From positions 2,526,227 to 2,590,226 of the forward strand of contig OY759316.1 of assembly GCA_963662275.1 (NCBI GenBank): a stretch of 64,000 nt of DNA. The letters are read 5' to 3'. This document shows positions 39,730 to 48,878 of this stretch, one piece after another. Origin of the DNA: Candidatus Cloacimonadales bacterium (GTDB taxonomy: Bacteria > Cloacimonadota > Cloacimonadia > Cloacimonadales > DAONDQ01). Below the pieces are notes generated by a model that saw nothing but the letters and a program-made list of their open reading frames with translations, had not been told where the DNA came from and did not search any database. Position numbers and translations under genes: made by a program. Numbering within the stretch: position 1 is the first letter of the stretch; every line of letters starts with the position of its first letter.

Positions 39730-42729
39730 TTATTTTACAATCAACATCTTCTTGCTGATATTAATGCTGGGTGAAGTAAGTTTGTAGAAATAAATTCCAC
39801 TGCCGCAGGTCGAACCTTTACTATTCACCCCATTCCAAGTGATCCTCTGGTTAAAACCAGCTTGTAGGGGATAGGTTTTCACACACTGTCCCAATATATT
39901 AAAGATTGTAAGGGTAGCCGTTTCTCCAGCTTTCACATCAACTTCAATATTCGTAACACTGTTTACGTTGAAAGGATTCGGATATGCATTTCTCAGCATA
40001 GTTGAGGTTGGCATAACAGGGGTCTGATTATTTGTATTCACAGTCACTGAATTGCTGAAGTTGCTTGTACCATTGATATCAACTATCTCCAGCCAGTAAT
40101 AATATGTGGCATCTGGTTCAATTTCATTATCCACGAAGTTGTATGTTTGAACCGTTGCCGTATTCGTTCCACTGATAATGTCAATATTGATCTTACTTGC
40201 ACCTGAAAGAATGTTACTATTGGAACGGAATACATTGAAACCAAGATTGTTAGTTTCGGATTCGGTTTTCCACTGCAAATTCACGAACATCTGGGCTGTT
40301 GCAACGGCTGTGAAGGAGGACAATTCGACGGGAAGCTCTGTTTCACGGGCACTGGTAAAGCTCCAAATGTCTCCAACTACTTCTTCCAATGCACTGAATG
40401 TATGAATTTGCCAGAAATAAGGAGTTGAGGGATTGAATGTGAGCACATAGGAGTAACTGCTCGAGGGGCAAACGTCTCCATCAACCATATCCCAGATTCC
40501 ACTGGTGGTTCCGATGTAAATCTTGTAGCCTATCGCTCCTGGAACATCATCCCAATTAAAATTATTACCTGCATAAGACGGATTACTGTTACCGGGTGTA
40601 GGATTTATAGCTTTACCATTAGAAGTGGTAAAAGACCAACGTTGGGTATCGTCAGCCATACCATTAGCATTACTACCCACTGCTGACCAATAATAGGTAG
40701 TGTTGAAATGTAGCAGGGATGGAGTGTAGCTTGCTGATGTAACCCTTGTTCCATTGGCAATGTTTGGTGCAACTTCCACAGCGTAATTATAAAGTGAGCC
40801 AACATAATCATCATCCCATAAGTTAGAGGAGTTATGGTTCTTTGTTGTAAAATACTGGACTCCGCCAGCATTGTTGGGTTCTCCTCCATACCAGTTCTTA
40901 TATGTCCACGGGTCGCCGTTTGCATATTTGAAAGTATTGGCTATTGTCCTATCTGATCCGCCGAACCACAATTTATCACCATTGAAGATAGCATCTTCAG
41001 CGGCAGAACCGAATGTGGCGAAGTAACCGCCATCCTTCTGCGCTTGAATATTGGCAGCAGCCCAGTGCCAGGTGTAATAGTTGGACTTGTAGTAGCGGTG
41101 GCCATTAAATATACCGAGGTCAGTATAGTTGCTGGCATTGCTGATGGTATTACTTGTTTCGAGATAAGCATAATATTCTGTGGGACTTCCGGAAGGCGCA
41201 GTCCACGTCAGGTTCGTATTAATCGGTACATTAGTCGCAGCGTGAAGAGGAGAAATGGTTGCCGAATTGATTGTACCTGGAGCAGTACCACCGTCATTAT
41301 TAGTCTTGAATGACCATTGTGTGCTGTTGAAAGGATGCCCGTATTCATTATATGGAACAGCTATCCAACGGTACAGGGTATTGGCTGGCAGTTTTGTCTC
41401 TTTGAAGGAATAGGATGTGCCATACACAATTAAACCATCCAGGACGTCGGCAGGATATTCAATTAGAGACCTGTAGGTCCAGGTACCCGGAACATCATAC
41501 CACTTCCCGCTGGTTCCTTGTATCACATTGTTCTCAGCGGTTTGACCATTAGGTTCGGGTGGTTGATAATCAAGATCCCAGTTGGTAAAGGAATTGGCTT
41601 CACCCACATTCCAGATGAACCACCCCTCACCACTTAAACTTTCACCGGAAATATCATTAAGACCTATCCAGTAGTTGTAATCATTTGGCAGCATTGCCTG
41701 TTCAGCAGCATCATTGATTGCCACCAGATGACCGCCGTTAGCTTCTGCTGCGGCTTTGGCATCATCATAGTTCAGTTCTGTTTCGGTTTTCTGATAAACA
41801 TGCCCGTTGATGAAGCTATGTTGTAAACCAAGCCGGTCACCCCGTGATCTAAATACATAGAGTTTGTAATAGGTAGCACCAGCAACTGGATCCCAGCTCA
41901 GTGTGGGATTAAGTGGTGCAGTTGCATCTTCGCTGTTAGGTGTACCCGATGCAGGATAATCTGTTGGTGCAATTCCATCTGCACCGGTCGTAAAGCTCCA
42001 ACTGGAAGCAGGACCATATCCGCTTAAATTTCTAGTATAGATATTCCAATTATATGTGGTATTGGGTTGCAGCTTGCAATTCAAGTCAAAGTAATTATTA
42101 CCGGTTGTTTGGGTGTGCGAAACCCAACTATCCACTTCAATCCAGTAGCGATGAGTTGAAAGCGCAGATGCGTCATTCCATTGTCCATTCGTGTACATCT
42201 CTGTATAACTTTCAGTACCACCAGAATTGTTTGGTTCACCGGGAAACCAGTTATAATAACTCAACGCACGTCCATCCTCCCACCTGAAATTGCCGTCCGA
42301 AACCCAATCGGAAAGACCAATCCACGTTGTTTCCCCAATGTTATTCGTCTGCATACTGTTGTTAATATCTACATTATGTGCACACCCGAGACGCCACTTG
42401 TTGCTATTGCAAATGGCTTTTGCATTCTGCCAGGTTTCAGCAGTGTCTGAAACATAATAATGAATACCGACCCATGTGAATTTGTAGGTATAACCCGGAA
42501 TCGTTTTTGGTGATGCCCACATATAAAACGAGTATTCATAAGGTTGGTTGGGGGCTGCACTCGTCTGTGACCATTGCAGTCTAACGTTCTGAAGAGGAAC
42601 ATTTGTAGCGTTGTGAGCCGGATATGGGTTTTCCGGAGGGTTGGCTAAGTCTGCTAAAAGATTGCTGAAAATACCGATGCTAAAGAAAAGCATCATGCAT
42701 AAAATAAGTTGTGTTTTGCTTGTCTTCAT
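39730..42729 (-). CDS. Secreted protein with three C-type lectin domains, FN3-like linkers and CTD
   Basis: Three WIG(L)/WFG...EPN...W(N/Y/D)D C-type lectin motifs; 'W.P/A..GA..Y' FN3-like segments; PVELSSF linker; YPNPFN CTD. Confidence 0.85.
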   Translation of the reverse strand: MKTSKTQLILCMMLFFSIGIFSNLLADLANPPENPYPAHNATNVPLQNVRLQWSQTSAAPNQPYEYSFYMWASPKTIPGYTYKFTWVGIHYYVSDTAETWQNAKAICNSNKWRLGCAHNVDINNSMQTNNIGETTWIGLSDWVSDGNFRWEDGRALSYYNWFPGEPNNSGGTESYTEMYTNGQWNDASALSTHRYWIEVDSWVSHTQTTGNNYFDLNCKLQPNTTYNWNIYTRNLSGYGPASSWSFTTGADGIAPTDYPASGTPNSEDATAPLNPTLSWDPVAGATYYKLYVFRSRGDRLGLQHSFINGHVYQKTETELNYDDAKAAAEANGGHLVAINDAAEQAMLPNDYNYWIGLNDISGESLSGEGWFIWNVGEANSFTNWDLDYQPPEPNGQTAENNVIQGTSGKWYDVPGTWTYRSLIEYPADVLDGLIVYGTSYSFKETKLPANTLYRWIAVPYNEYGHPFNSTQWSFKTNNDGGTAPGTINSATISPLHAATNVPINTNLTWTAPSGSPTEYYAYLETSNTISNASNYTDLGIFNGHRYYKSNYYTWHWAAANIQAQKDGGYFATFGSAAEDAIFNGDKLWFGGSDRTIANTFKYANGDPWTYKNWYGGEPNNAGGVQYFTTKNHNSSNLWDDDYVGSLYNYAVEVAPNIANGTRVTSASYTPSLLHFNTTYYWSAVGSNANGMADDTQRWSFTTSNGKAINPTPGNSNPSYAGNNFNWDDVPGAIGYKIYIGTTSGIWDMVDGDVCPSSSYSYVLTFNPSTPYFWQIHTFSALEEVVGDIWSFTSARETELPVELSSFTAVATAQMFVNLQWKTESETNNLGFNVFRSNSNILSGASKINIDIISGTNTATVQTYNFVDNEIEPDATYYYWLEIVDINGTSNFSNSVTVNTNNQTPVMPTSTMLRNAYPNPFNVNSVTNIEVDVKAGETATLTIFNILGQCVKTYPLQAGFNQRITWNGVNSKGSTCGSGIYFYKLTSPSINISKKMLIVK

Positions 42730-42862
42730 TAGATACTCCTTGTTTATTATTTTAATTTTACGACCTTGTTTAGTTGCATTGTTTAATAACTTACTTCTGG
42801 TTGGAAAGCGACATTAAGCACTAGAAAATAATTAAGACAATTGGACATATTTATTTCATACC

Positions 42863-43081
42863 TTAGTATAATCCGTAACGGTTTTTCATTTGCTGATATA
42901 ATTTTGTAATTTCTTTCATGACGAATTCATAATCATCCCTCCCATAATCCAATACCTGATTTTGCATTCTGCCATTGGAAAAGGTTAACACAAACCCCAG
43001 TATCCCTTTGCCATTATCAGGATCGGTTACAGTATTAATAATATCGCTGATCTGCACATTGTTTTTTAATATTGTTTTCAT
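42863..43081 (-). CDS. Short hypothetical protein
   Basis: ORF only (MKTILKNN... from ATG 43081); no recognised motif. Confidence 0.3.
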   Translation of the reverse strand: MKTILKNNVQISDIINTVTDPDNGKGILGFVLTFSNGRMQNQVLDYGRDDYEFVMKEITKLYQQMKNRYGLY

Positions 43082-43388
43082 AATGAGTATGATAGAGCAA
43101 AATAAAAGCCAATCGCAGAAATGGTGTTTTATAGAATTGTAACTATATGATATTGATGAAGATATGATTATAGTAGAAAAATCTTTTGCTATCAAAAGTT
43201 AAGGAAAAATGGCTGGAATTTCATTTTTGAAATTCCAATAATGGAATCACTTGAAGCCTACTAGATTACTTTCTGATTCCGAGTATCTTTTTTCTGCTGA
43301 GAGTACTCTCCGGCATATTCAGCAATTTGGCTGTTCATTGATCAATCCATCCAATCAATCGGTATTCCATTTCAGTTTTGATTTCTTA

Positions 43389-43421
43389 AATGACATTTAC
43401 TATGAGTGTTTTATAGGGAAA
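43389..43421 (-). pseudogene. 33-bp isolated fragment homologous to crcB codons FPYKTLIVNVI
   Basis: 30 of 33 nt match 39225-39257; all three differences are synonymous third positions. Confidence 0.7.
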
Positions 43422-43462
43422 GGTTTCTCCGCGCTTTTCTGACACAGTAGAGCCACAAGTAC

Positions 43463-43596
43463 CCACTTTATTAATACCAGTTTCAATCCTGTTTCAATCC
43501 TGTTTGATACCAGTTTCATTCCTGTTTCGTCAAACAGGAAAGAGATTGGTATGGGATTGGTATGAACTTAGATAGAACCTGGTATCAATAAAGTGG
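43463..43596. mobile_element. 134-bp MITE-like element with 22-bp terminal inverted repeats (family alpha)
   Basis: TIR CCACTTTATT(A/G)ATACCAG(T/G)TTC (20/22 match); five 11-bp units facing four 11-bp units. No target-site duplication is evident. Confidence 0.6.
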
Positions 43597-43697
43597 ATTC
43601 TTTGCAGTTCAATAAGATTAAGCAAGCCGTTTAGTCTATACACTATATAGGAAGTATTCAGAACTGAAGTAAATTGATGAGAAAAAGGCGATCCAGA

Positions 43698-43727
43698 GTA
43701 GACGGGCGTACTACCGCACGCCCTTAC
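43698..43727. repeat. Degenerate GTAG-REP-like palindrome
   Basis: GTAGACGGGCGTACTACCGCACGCCCTTAC, downstream of the FGE-domain gene. Confidence 0.45.
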
Positions 43728-43766
43728 TCTGCAATGATTAATTCTTAATTTTTAATCTTTAATTCG

Positions 43767-44933
43767 TTAATTAGCCCTGCACACTCTGAACCCTACATTA
43801 TGGTAATAATTGGTATCTGCATATGAGTAATTAAACTGATGATATGTGATAGCACAGATTGCAGGTGCATCAGCACAACTTCCACCACAAAAAACACGAT
43901 AATTGCCTGTAGTAGGTCCATGCGGATTTGTCAGCGGTCCTGAAGGATAGTTCGTTGCCCAGATATCCCAACACCATTCACAAACATTACCTGTCATATC
44001 ACATATACTGAGTTCATTCGCTGCTTTCGTTCCAACTACATGAGAATAACTTGTTGCGTTTGTATAATACCATGCTACGTCACTAATTGTATTGCTTCCG
44101 CTGTACGTATAATTATGAGTCAGGTTGCCACCGCGAGCTGCGAACTTCCACTCCATTTCAGTCGGTAAACGATAACCATTTGCAGACCAATCACATGAGA
44201 AATTTGTGTGATTACTTCCCGTACCCCACCAACCTGATGGCCATGAATTAGGATTTGTACCATAGGTAAGGTAACTATAGCAAGGTGTTAAGCCCTCACT
44301 CATGCTTCGAAGGTTGCAATAATTGATCGCATTGTACCAAGATACATTATAAACAGGATATGATGCACCGACGCCATACACTTGAGCTGGATTATTTCCC
44401 ATGATTGCCTGATAATCACCTTGTGTAGTTTCATATAAGTCCATTTTAAAAGTTGAAATTGTTACATTCGAAGTTCCATTATTGAATGTTCCACCCGTTA
44501 CCGTTGCATAGCTAAAAGGCAGGATGGAAATACCCTGTGATCTGACATGATAAAAATGATATGGAACACTCGGTGTAATTGTCCAACTGATAGTACTGCC
44601 AACGGTACTAAAACTGCCAGATGAGGAAATGTCCGTAAAGTCTGAAGAACTCGTAGTATTTGAACCTTCCACATGATATCCTGCAGCATTGGCGACAGCA
44701 GTCCAGGAAATCTTTAATGTGGCAGCTACTTTTGTAATTGAAACATCGCTGGGTGGGTTCGGTTCGATTCTAGCAGCATCTGTAAAAAGAACCATTTGTG
44801 GAACATCAGTATCCTTTGTTAGATTGTAAGAATCATCATTTGTTTGAGACAAAGTGGGATCATTGGTACCGGTAATACAGAATATTCCGCTGACCATAAC
44901 CATAAGCATACAAACCATAAGTACATTTTTCAC
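43767..44933 (-). CDS. Secreted FGE-sulfatase (SUMF1/CLec-fold) domain protein with an N-terminal FN3-like segment
   Basis: YETTQGDY, PVYNVSW, YRLPTEMEW, DMTGNVCEW, GFRV motifs; GTG start 44933 with GGAGG RBS and signal peptide. Confidence 0.88.
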   Translation of the reverse strand: MKNVLMVCMLMVMVSGIFCITGTNDPTLSQTNDDSYNLTKDTDVPQMVLFTDAARIEPNPPSDVSITKVAATLKISWTAVANAAGYHVEGSNTTSSSDFTDISSSGSFSTVGSTISWTITPSVPYHFYHVRSQGISILPFSYATVTGGTFNNGTSNVTISTFKMDLYETTQGDYQAIMGNNPAQVYGVGASYPVYNVSWYNAINYCNLRSMSEGLTPCYSYLTYGTNPNSWPSGWWGTGSNHTNFSCDWSANGYRLPTEMEWKFAARGGNLTHNYTYSGSNTISDVAWYYTNATSYSHVVGTKAANELSICDMTGNVCEWCWDIWATNYPSGPLTNPHGPTTGNYRVFCGGSCADAPAICAITYHQFNYSYADTNYYHNVGFRVCRAN

Positions 44934-45414
44934 AGTCAACCTCCATTTAATTTGTCTGAACTGCATTCATTAACAATGCTATTAATTTGATTTTAATAAT
45001 ATTTGTGTTTATTAAACGTCAAGGATTTATTAATAATCAAATTGTGTAATTTTAAGTGTTTCATAGAAATGCTACATGTGAAAAAAAGTGATGCGTACTA
45101 CATTTTAATCACAAGAAGGTAGCATTGATAATTGATTTCGCAATTTATTCTTAATTTATTATCAATTCCACAATTTTATGAGACGTAACAGGACTAATAG
45201 CATGTTCGTTTTACAAATAAATCCAATCATTCATTGTAACCTCCCCTATGTTTTACATGCAAATATCCAGGAACGATCAAGATAATAATTTATAATAATC
45301 AGAATTTATGAAGAAAGTGATTAGATTATTGTATGTAGGAGAAACACAAAAAACTTGCAATAAAAACCATACTTACCAATTTAGGAAAATTATATCAATA
45401 AGCTGGAGGCAAGT

Positions 45415-45723
45415 ATGTCCGAAAAGGTGGAAAAAGATCGAGTTGGAATGATTATCCACTCGGAAGATTCACCGGAAAAGATGGAAGTGGAAATCACAGA
45501 AGTCAAATCAACCAGTGCAGAAGACTCACCTGTTTTTATTTATTACAACTGGTGTAAGAAGTGTGGAATATGTGTAGCGTTCTGTCCAACGAAATGTTTA
45601 GGACGCAAATCAGATGGTTCTCCCTTTGTAGAATTCCCGGAAAAATGCATTCACTGTGAAACCTGTGATCGTTTATGTCCGGATTTTGCCATCACTGGTG
45701 CAAAGAAAGAAGGGAGTAAATAA
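45415..45723 (+). CDS. korD: 2-oxoacid:ferredoxin oxidoreductase delta subunit (2x[4Fe-4S] ferredoxin)
   Basis: CKKCGICVAFCP and CIHCETCDRLCP; first gene of the OFOR operon. Confidence 0.85.
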   Translation: MSEKVEKDRVGMIIHSEDSPEKMEVEITEVKSTSAEDSPVFIYYNWCKKCGICVAFCPTKCLGRKSDGSPFVEFPEKCIHCETCDRLCPDFAITGAKKEGSK

Positions 45724-46892
45724 TGCCAAAAAAACAAGCAGAAATTGTTGAAACCGGACGCAAGACGATTCTTATGCAGGGGAATGAAGCTGTTGCACTT
45801 GGCGCTTTGGATGCAGGAGTAAATTTCTTCGCAGGTTATCCCATCACCCCTTCAACAGAAATTGCAGAAATCCTTTCAGAGGAACTACCAAAACGTGGTG
45901 GATATTTTATTCAAATGGAAGACGAAATAGCCAGTATCTGTGCTATTATCGGTGCCTCCCTCACGGGAGCCAAATCCCTGACAGCCACAAGCGGTCCTGG
46001 GTTCTCCCTCATGCAGGAAGGAATTGGTTTTGCCAAAATCACAGAAACACCATGCGTAGTTGTGAATGTTCAGCGTGTTGGACCCAGCACAGGAATGCCA
46101 ACGAGTCCTTCCCAGGGGGATATCATGCAGAGCAAATGGGGTTCTCATGGTGATTCACCGGCAATCGTTCTCTATCCTGATTCAGTACGTGAATGTTATG
46201 AACTATCCATCAGAGCTGTGAATCTTGCAGAAAAATACAGGACATGTGTCATTCTTCTTTTAGATGAAGTCATAGGTCACATGCGTGAAGCTGTCACTTT
46301 ACCTGATATTTCCAAGATACGCATTATTAATCGTATTAAACCTACTGTACCTCCAAATTGGTACAAGCATTATGATGATAACCAGAAATACCTCTCCCCT
46401 CTTGCAAGTTATGGAGAAGGCTATCGATTCCATGTAACAGGTTTAACTCATGACAGCTTAGGTTTTCCAACCAATAAAGCAAATGAAGCAGAGGAAATGT
46501 CCACTCGTCTTCGTAAGAAAATACAATTGAATATCAGAGACCTTGTGCAGATCGAAGGTCAAAATATGGAAGATGCCAAGATTGCTATCTTTGCAGCCGG
46601 AATCATGTCCAGGGCTGCCAAGTCTGCTGTTAAGCAAGCTCGTGCAGAAGGTATCAAGGTTGGAGTGCTTAGACCATTGACTATTTGGCCTTTCCCTGAT
46701 GATGCTGTTCGGAAGATGCTTCGGAATGTGGATACAGTCATTGTTCCTGAACTAAATGAAGGTCAATTGATACATGAACTGCAGCGTCTGGTGAAAGATA
46801 GAGCAGATGGTAAACTCATTCCTATCTCTAAAGTCGATGGAACACTCATCACTCCACAAGATATCCTGAATACCATCAGAGAGGTGCAATAA
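45723..46892 (+). CDS. korA: 2-oxoacid:ferredoxin oxidoreductase alpha subunit
   Basis: GNEAVA, AGYPITPSTEI, QMEDEIAS, TATSGPGFSLM, QRVGPSTG motifs. Confidence 0.92.
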   Translation: MPKKQAEIVETGRKTILMQGNEAVALGALDAGVNFFAGYPITPSTEIAEILSEELPKRGGYFIQMEDEIASICAIIGASLTGAKSLTATSGPGFSLMQEGIGFAKITETPCVVVNVQRVGPSTGMPTSPSQGDIMQSKWGSHGDSPAIVLYPDSVRECYELSIRAVNLAEKYRTCVILLLDEVIGHMREAVTLPDISKIRIINRIKPTVPPNWYKHYDDNQKYLSPLASYGEGYRFHVTGLTHDSLGFPTNKANEAEEMSTRLRKKIQLNIRDLVQIEGQNMEDAKIAIFAAGIMSRAAKSAVKQARAEGIKVGVLRPLTIWPFPDDAVRKMLRNVDTVIVPELNEGQLIHELQRLVKDRADGKLIPISKVDGTLITPQDILNTIREVQ

Positions 46893-47743
46893 TGGCTAAT
46901 ATTCCACAAAAGATCATCCATAGTTTTCTCAGACACGATAAGAAATTTCCACATGTTTGGTGTGCCGGATGCAGCAACGGTATCGTCTTAGGCTCAATTA
47001 TTCGTGCCATCGCCGAATTGGAATTGAATCGTGATGACATCGTTATGGTATCAGGTATTGGCTGTTCCAGTCGTATGCCTGTATACGTGGACTTTAATAC
47101 ATTACACAGTCTTCATGGCAGAGCAATAGCTTTTGCCACAGGAATCAAATTCTACAAGCCAAAACTGAAAGTCATCGTAATTACCGGTGATGGTGACTGT
47201 ACCGCTATTGGTGGTAATCATCTTATTCATGCTGCACGCAGGAATATTGATTTAACGGTCATTGTCGTGAATAATAATATCTACGGTATGACAGGCGGTC
47301 AGTACTCCCCAACCACACCTGAAGGTGCTATTGCCACAACCACTCCTTACGGCAATATTGATCCCGTCTTTGATATCTGTAAACTTGCTGAAGGTGCTGG
47401 AGCCTCATTTGTGGCAAGAACAACAGCCTTTCACACAGGAGAAACACAAGCATTAGTGAAACAGGCAATCGAACATCCTGGCTTTGCAATTGTTGAAGTC
47501 GTCAGTGCCTGCCCAGTCATTTATGGACGCTTGAATAAGAAAGGTGGAGCTCCTGAAATGATGAAGGCTATGCGTGATGAATCCATTCCACTCTCTGCTG
47601 TGGAAAAACTGCCTAAGGAAAAGACAGAAGGTAAGATATTTCGTGGTATTTTCAAACAGGAAATACGGAATGAATATTGTGCTCAATATGCTGCTATGAG
47701 CAAACGTGCTCAAAAAACAGAAGGAGGTCCTGATGCCATCTAA
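46892..47743 (+). CDS. korB: 2-oxoacid:ferredoxin oxidoreductase beta subunit
   Basis: WCAGC, SGIGCS, LHGRA, GDGD...NN TPP motif, YGMTGGQYSPT. Confidence 0.92.
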   Translation: MANIPQKIIHSFLRHDKKFPHVWCAGCSNGIVLGSIIRAIAELELNRDDIVMVSGIGCSSRMPVYVDFNTLHSLHGRAIAFATGIKFYKPKLKVIVITGDGDCTAIGGNHLIHAARRNIDLTVIVVNNNIYGMTGGQYSPTTPEGAIATTTPYGNIDPVFDICKLAEGAGASFVARTTAFHTGETQALVKQAIEHPGFAIVEVVSACPVIYGRLNKKGGAPEMMKAMRDESIPLSAVEKLPKEKTEGKIFRGIFKQEIRNEYCAQYAAMSKRAQKTEGGPDAI

Positions 47744-48287
47744 AGAATTTAAAACAGAAGTTCGCTTAAGCGGAAGTGGCGGACAGGGTCTGATTCTTGC
47801 AGGTATTATTCTTGCCCGGGCAGCAGTACATGAAAAGCTTCGTGTGGCTCAGACCCAGAGTTATGGACCAGAATCCCGTGGTGGATATTCACGTGCAGAT
47901 GTGATTATCAGTAATGTGGAAGTGTTCTTCCCGGAAGCAGTCAATTTCGATATTCTATTATCACTCACCCAGGAAGCTTGTGATAAATATCTTTATGACC
48001 TGAAGGAAAAAGGTACGCTCATTACGGATTCAACATATGTAAAAAATATCTCTGTTACTGATTCCAATACATATGAAGTCCCTTTCACTGAAATTGCCAT
48101 TAACAAGTTAGGTTCTCCAATCACAACGAATATTATCTCCTTGGCTTTCCTCGTCAAAGTGACCAAGATAGTATCTGAAAAGGCTCTTGAACAGGCAATT
48201 GCTGATTCTGTAAAACCTGCTTTCAGGGATCTGAATTATAAGGCAATGAAGCTTGGCTTCGAACTTGCTGATAATTACAAAGCCTAA
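47733..48287 (+). CDS. korC: 2-oxoacid:ferredoxin oxidoreductase gamma subunit
   Basis: GSGGQGLILAG and YGPESRGG motifs; ATG 47733 with GGAGG RBS. Confidence 0.9.
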   Translation: MPSKEFKTEVRLSGSGGQGLILAGIILARAAVHEKLRVAQTQSYGPESRGGYSRADVIISNVEVFFPEAVNFDILLSLTQEACDKYLYDLKEKGTLITDSTYVKNISVTDSNTYEVPFTEIAINKLGSPITTNIISLAFLVKVTKIVSEKALEQAIADSVKPAFRDLNYKAMKLGFELADNYKA

Positions 48288-48296
48288 GGAGATAAA

Positions 48297-48698
48297 ATGA
48301 TACAAAAGATCAATCATATTGGTATTGCAGTGAAGAATTTGGATGAAGCTGTCAAATTCTATGAGAGTATTGGACTAACCCTGGAAAGCATCGAAGAAAT
48401 ACCTTCTCAAAAAGTAAAAGTGGCATTCTTCAAAATTGGCTGTTCCCGGATTGAATTGCTGATGCCAACATCTGAAGATAGCCCGATCGCCAAATCCATC
48501 GAAAAGAAAGGTGAAGGGATTCATCACCTGGCATTCAGTGTGGATGATATCCATCAGTCTCTAACAGATGCTAAAACCGCCAATATTCAATTGATAGACC
48601 AGGAACCAAGACCAGGTGCTCATGGTTCTGAAATCGCCTTCCTGCATCCGAAATCAACGCTAGGAACACTTATCGAATTCTGTATGGAAAAACACTAA
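48297..48698 (+). CDS. mce: Methylmalonyl-CoA epimerase (VOC fold)
   Basis: INHIGIAV, QKVKVAFF, IELLMP, GEGIHHLAF, GAHG..IAFLHPKSTLGTLIE. Confidence 0.9.
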   Translation: MIQKINHIGIAVKNLDEAVKFYESIGLTLESIEEIPSQKVKVAFFKIGCSRIELLMPTSEDSPIAKSIEKKGEGIHHLAFSVDDIHQSLTDAKTANIQLIDQEPRPGAHGSEIAFLHPKSTLGTLIEFCMEKH

Positions 48699-48723
48699 GC
48701 AGAAATAAGAATTATAAGTTACA

Positions 48724-48755
48724 GAAAAGCCCTGAGTTTATCTTGGGGCTTTTCT
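48724..48755 (+). terminator. Intrinsic terminator after mce
   Basis: AAAAGCCCTGAG-TTTAT-CTTGGGGCTTTT hairpin. Confidence 0.6.
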
Positions 48756-48830
48756 CAAATATTTTGGATTTTGATTCCATTTATTTTCGCAACACTAATA
48801 CATCCTGCTAACATATGTTTCTGAGGAAAT

Positions 48831-48865
48831 AAAAAAACCGACTCATCTTTTTAGAAGAGTCGGTT
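48831..48865 (-). terminator. Intrinsic terminator of the cmk-ispH-rpsA operon
   Basis: Minus strand CCGACTC-TTCTAAAAAGAT-GAGTCGG followed by T7. Confidence 0.75.
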
Positions 48866-48878
48866 CTATGTATTGTAA

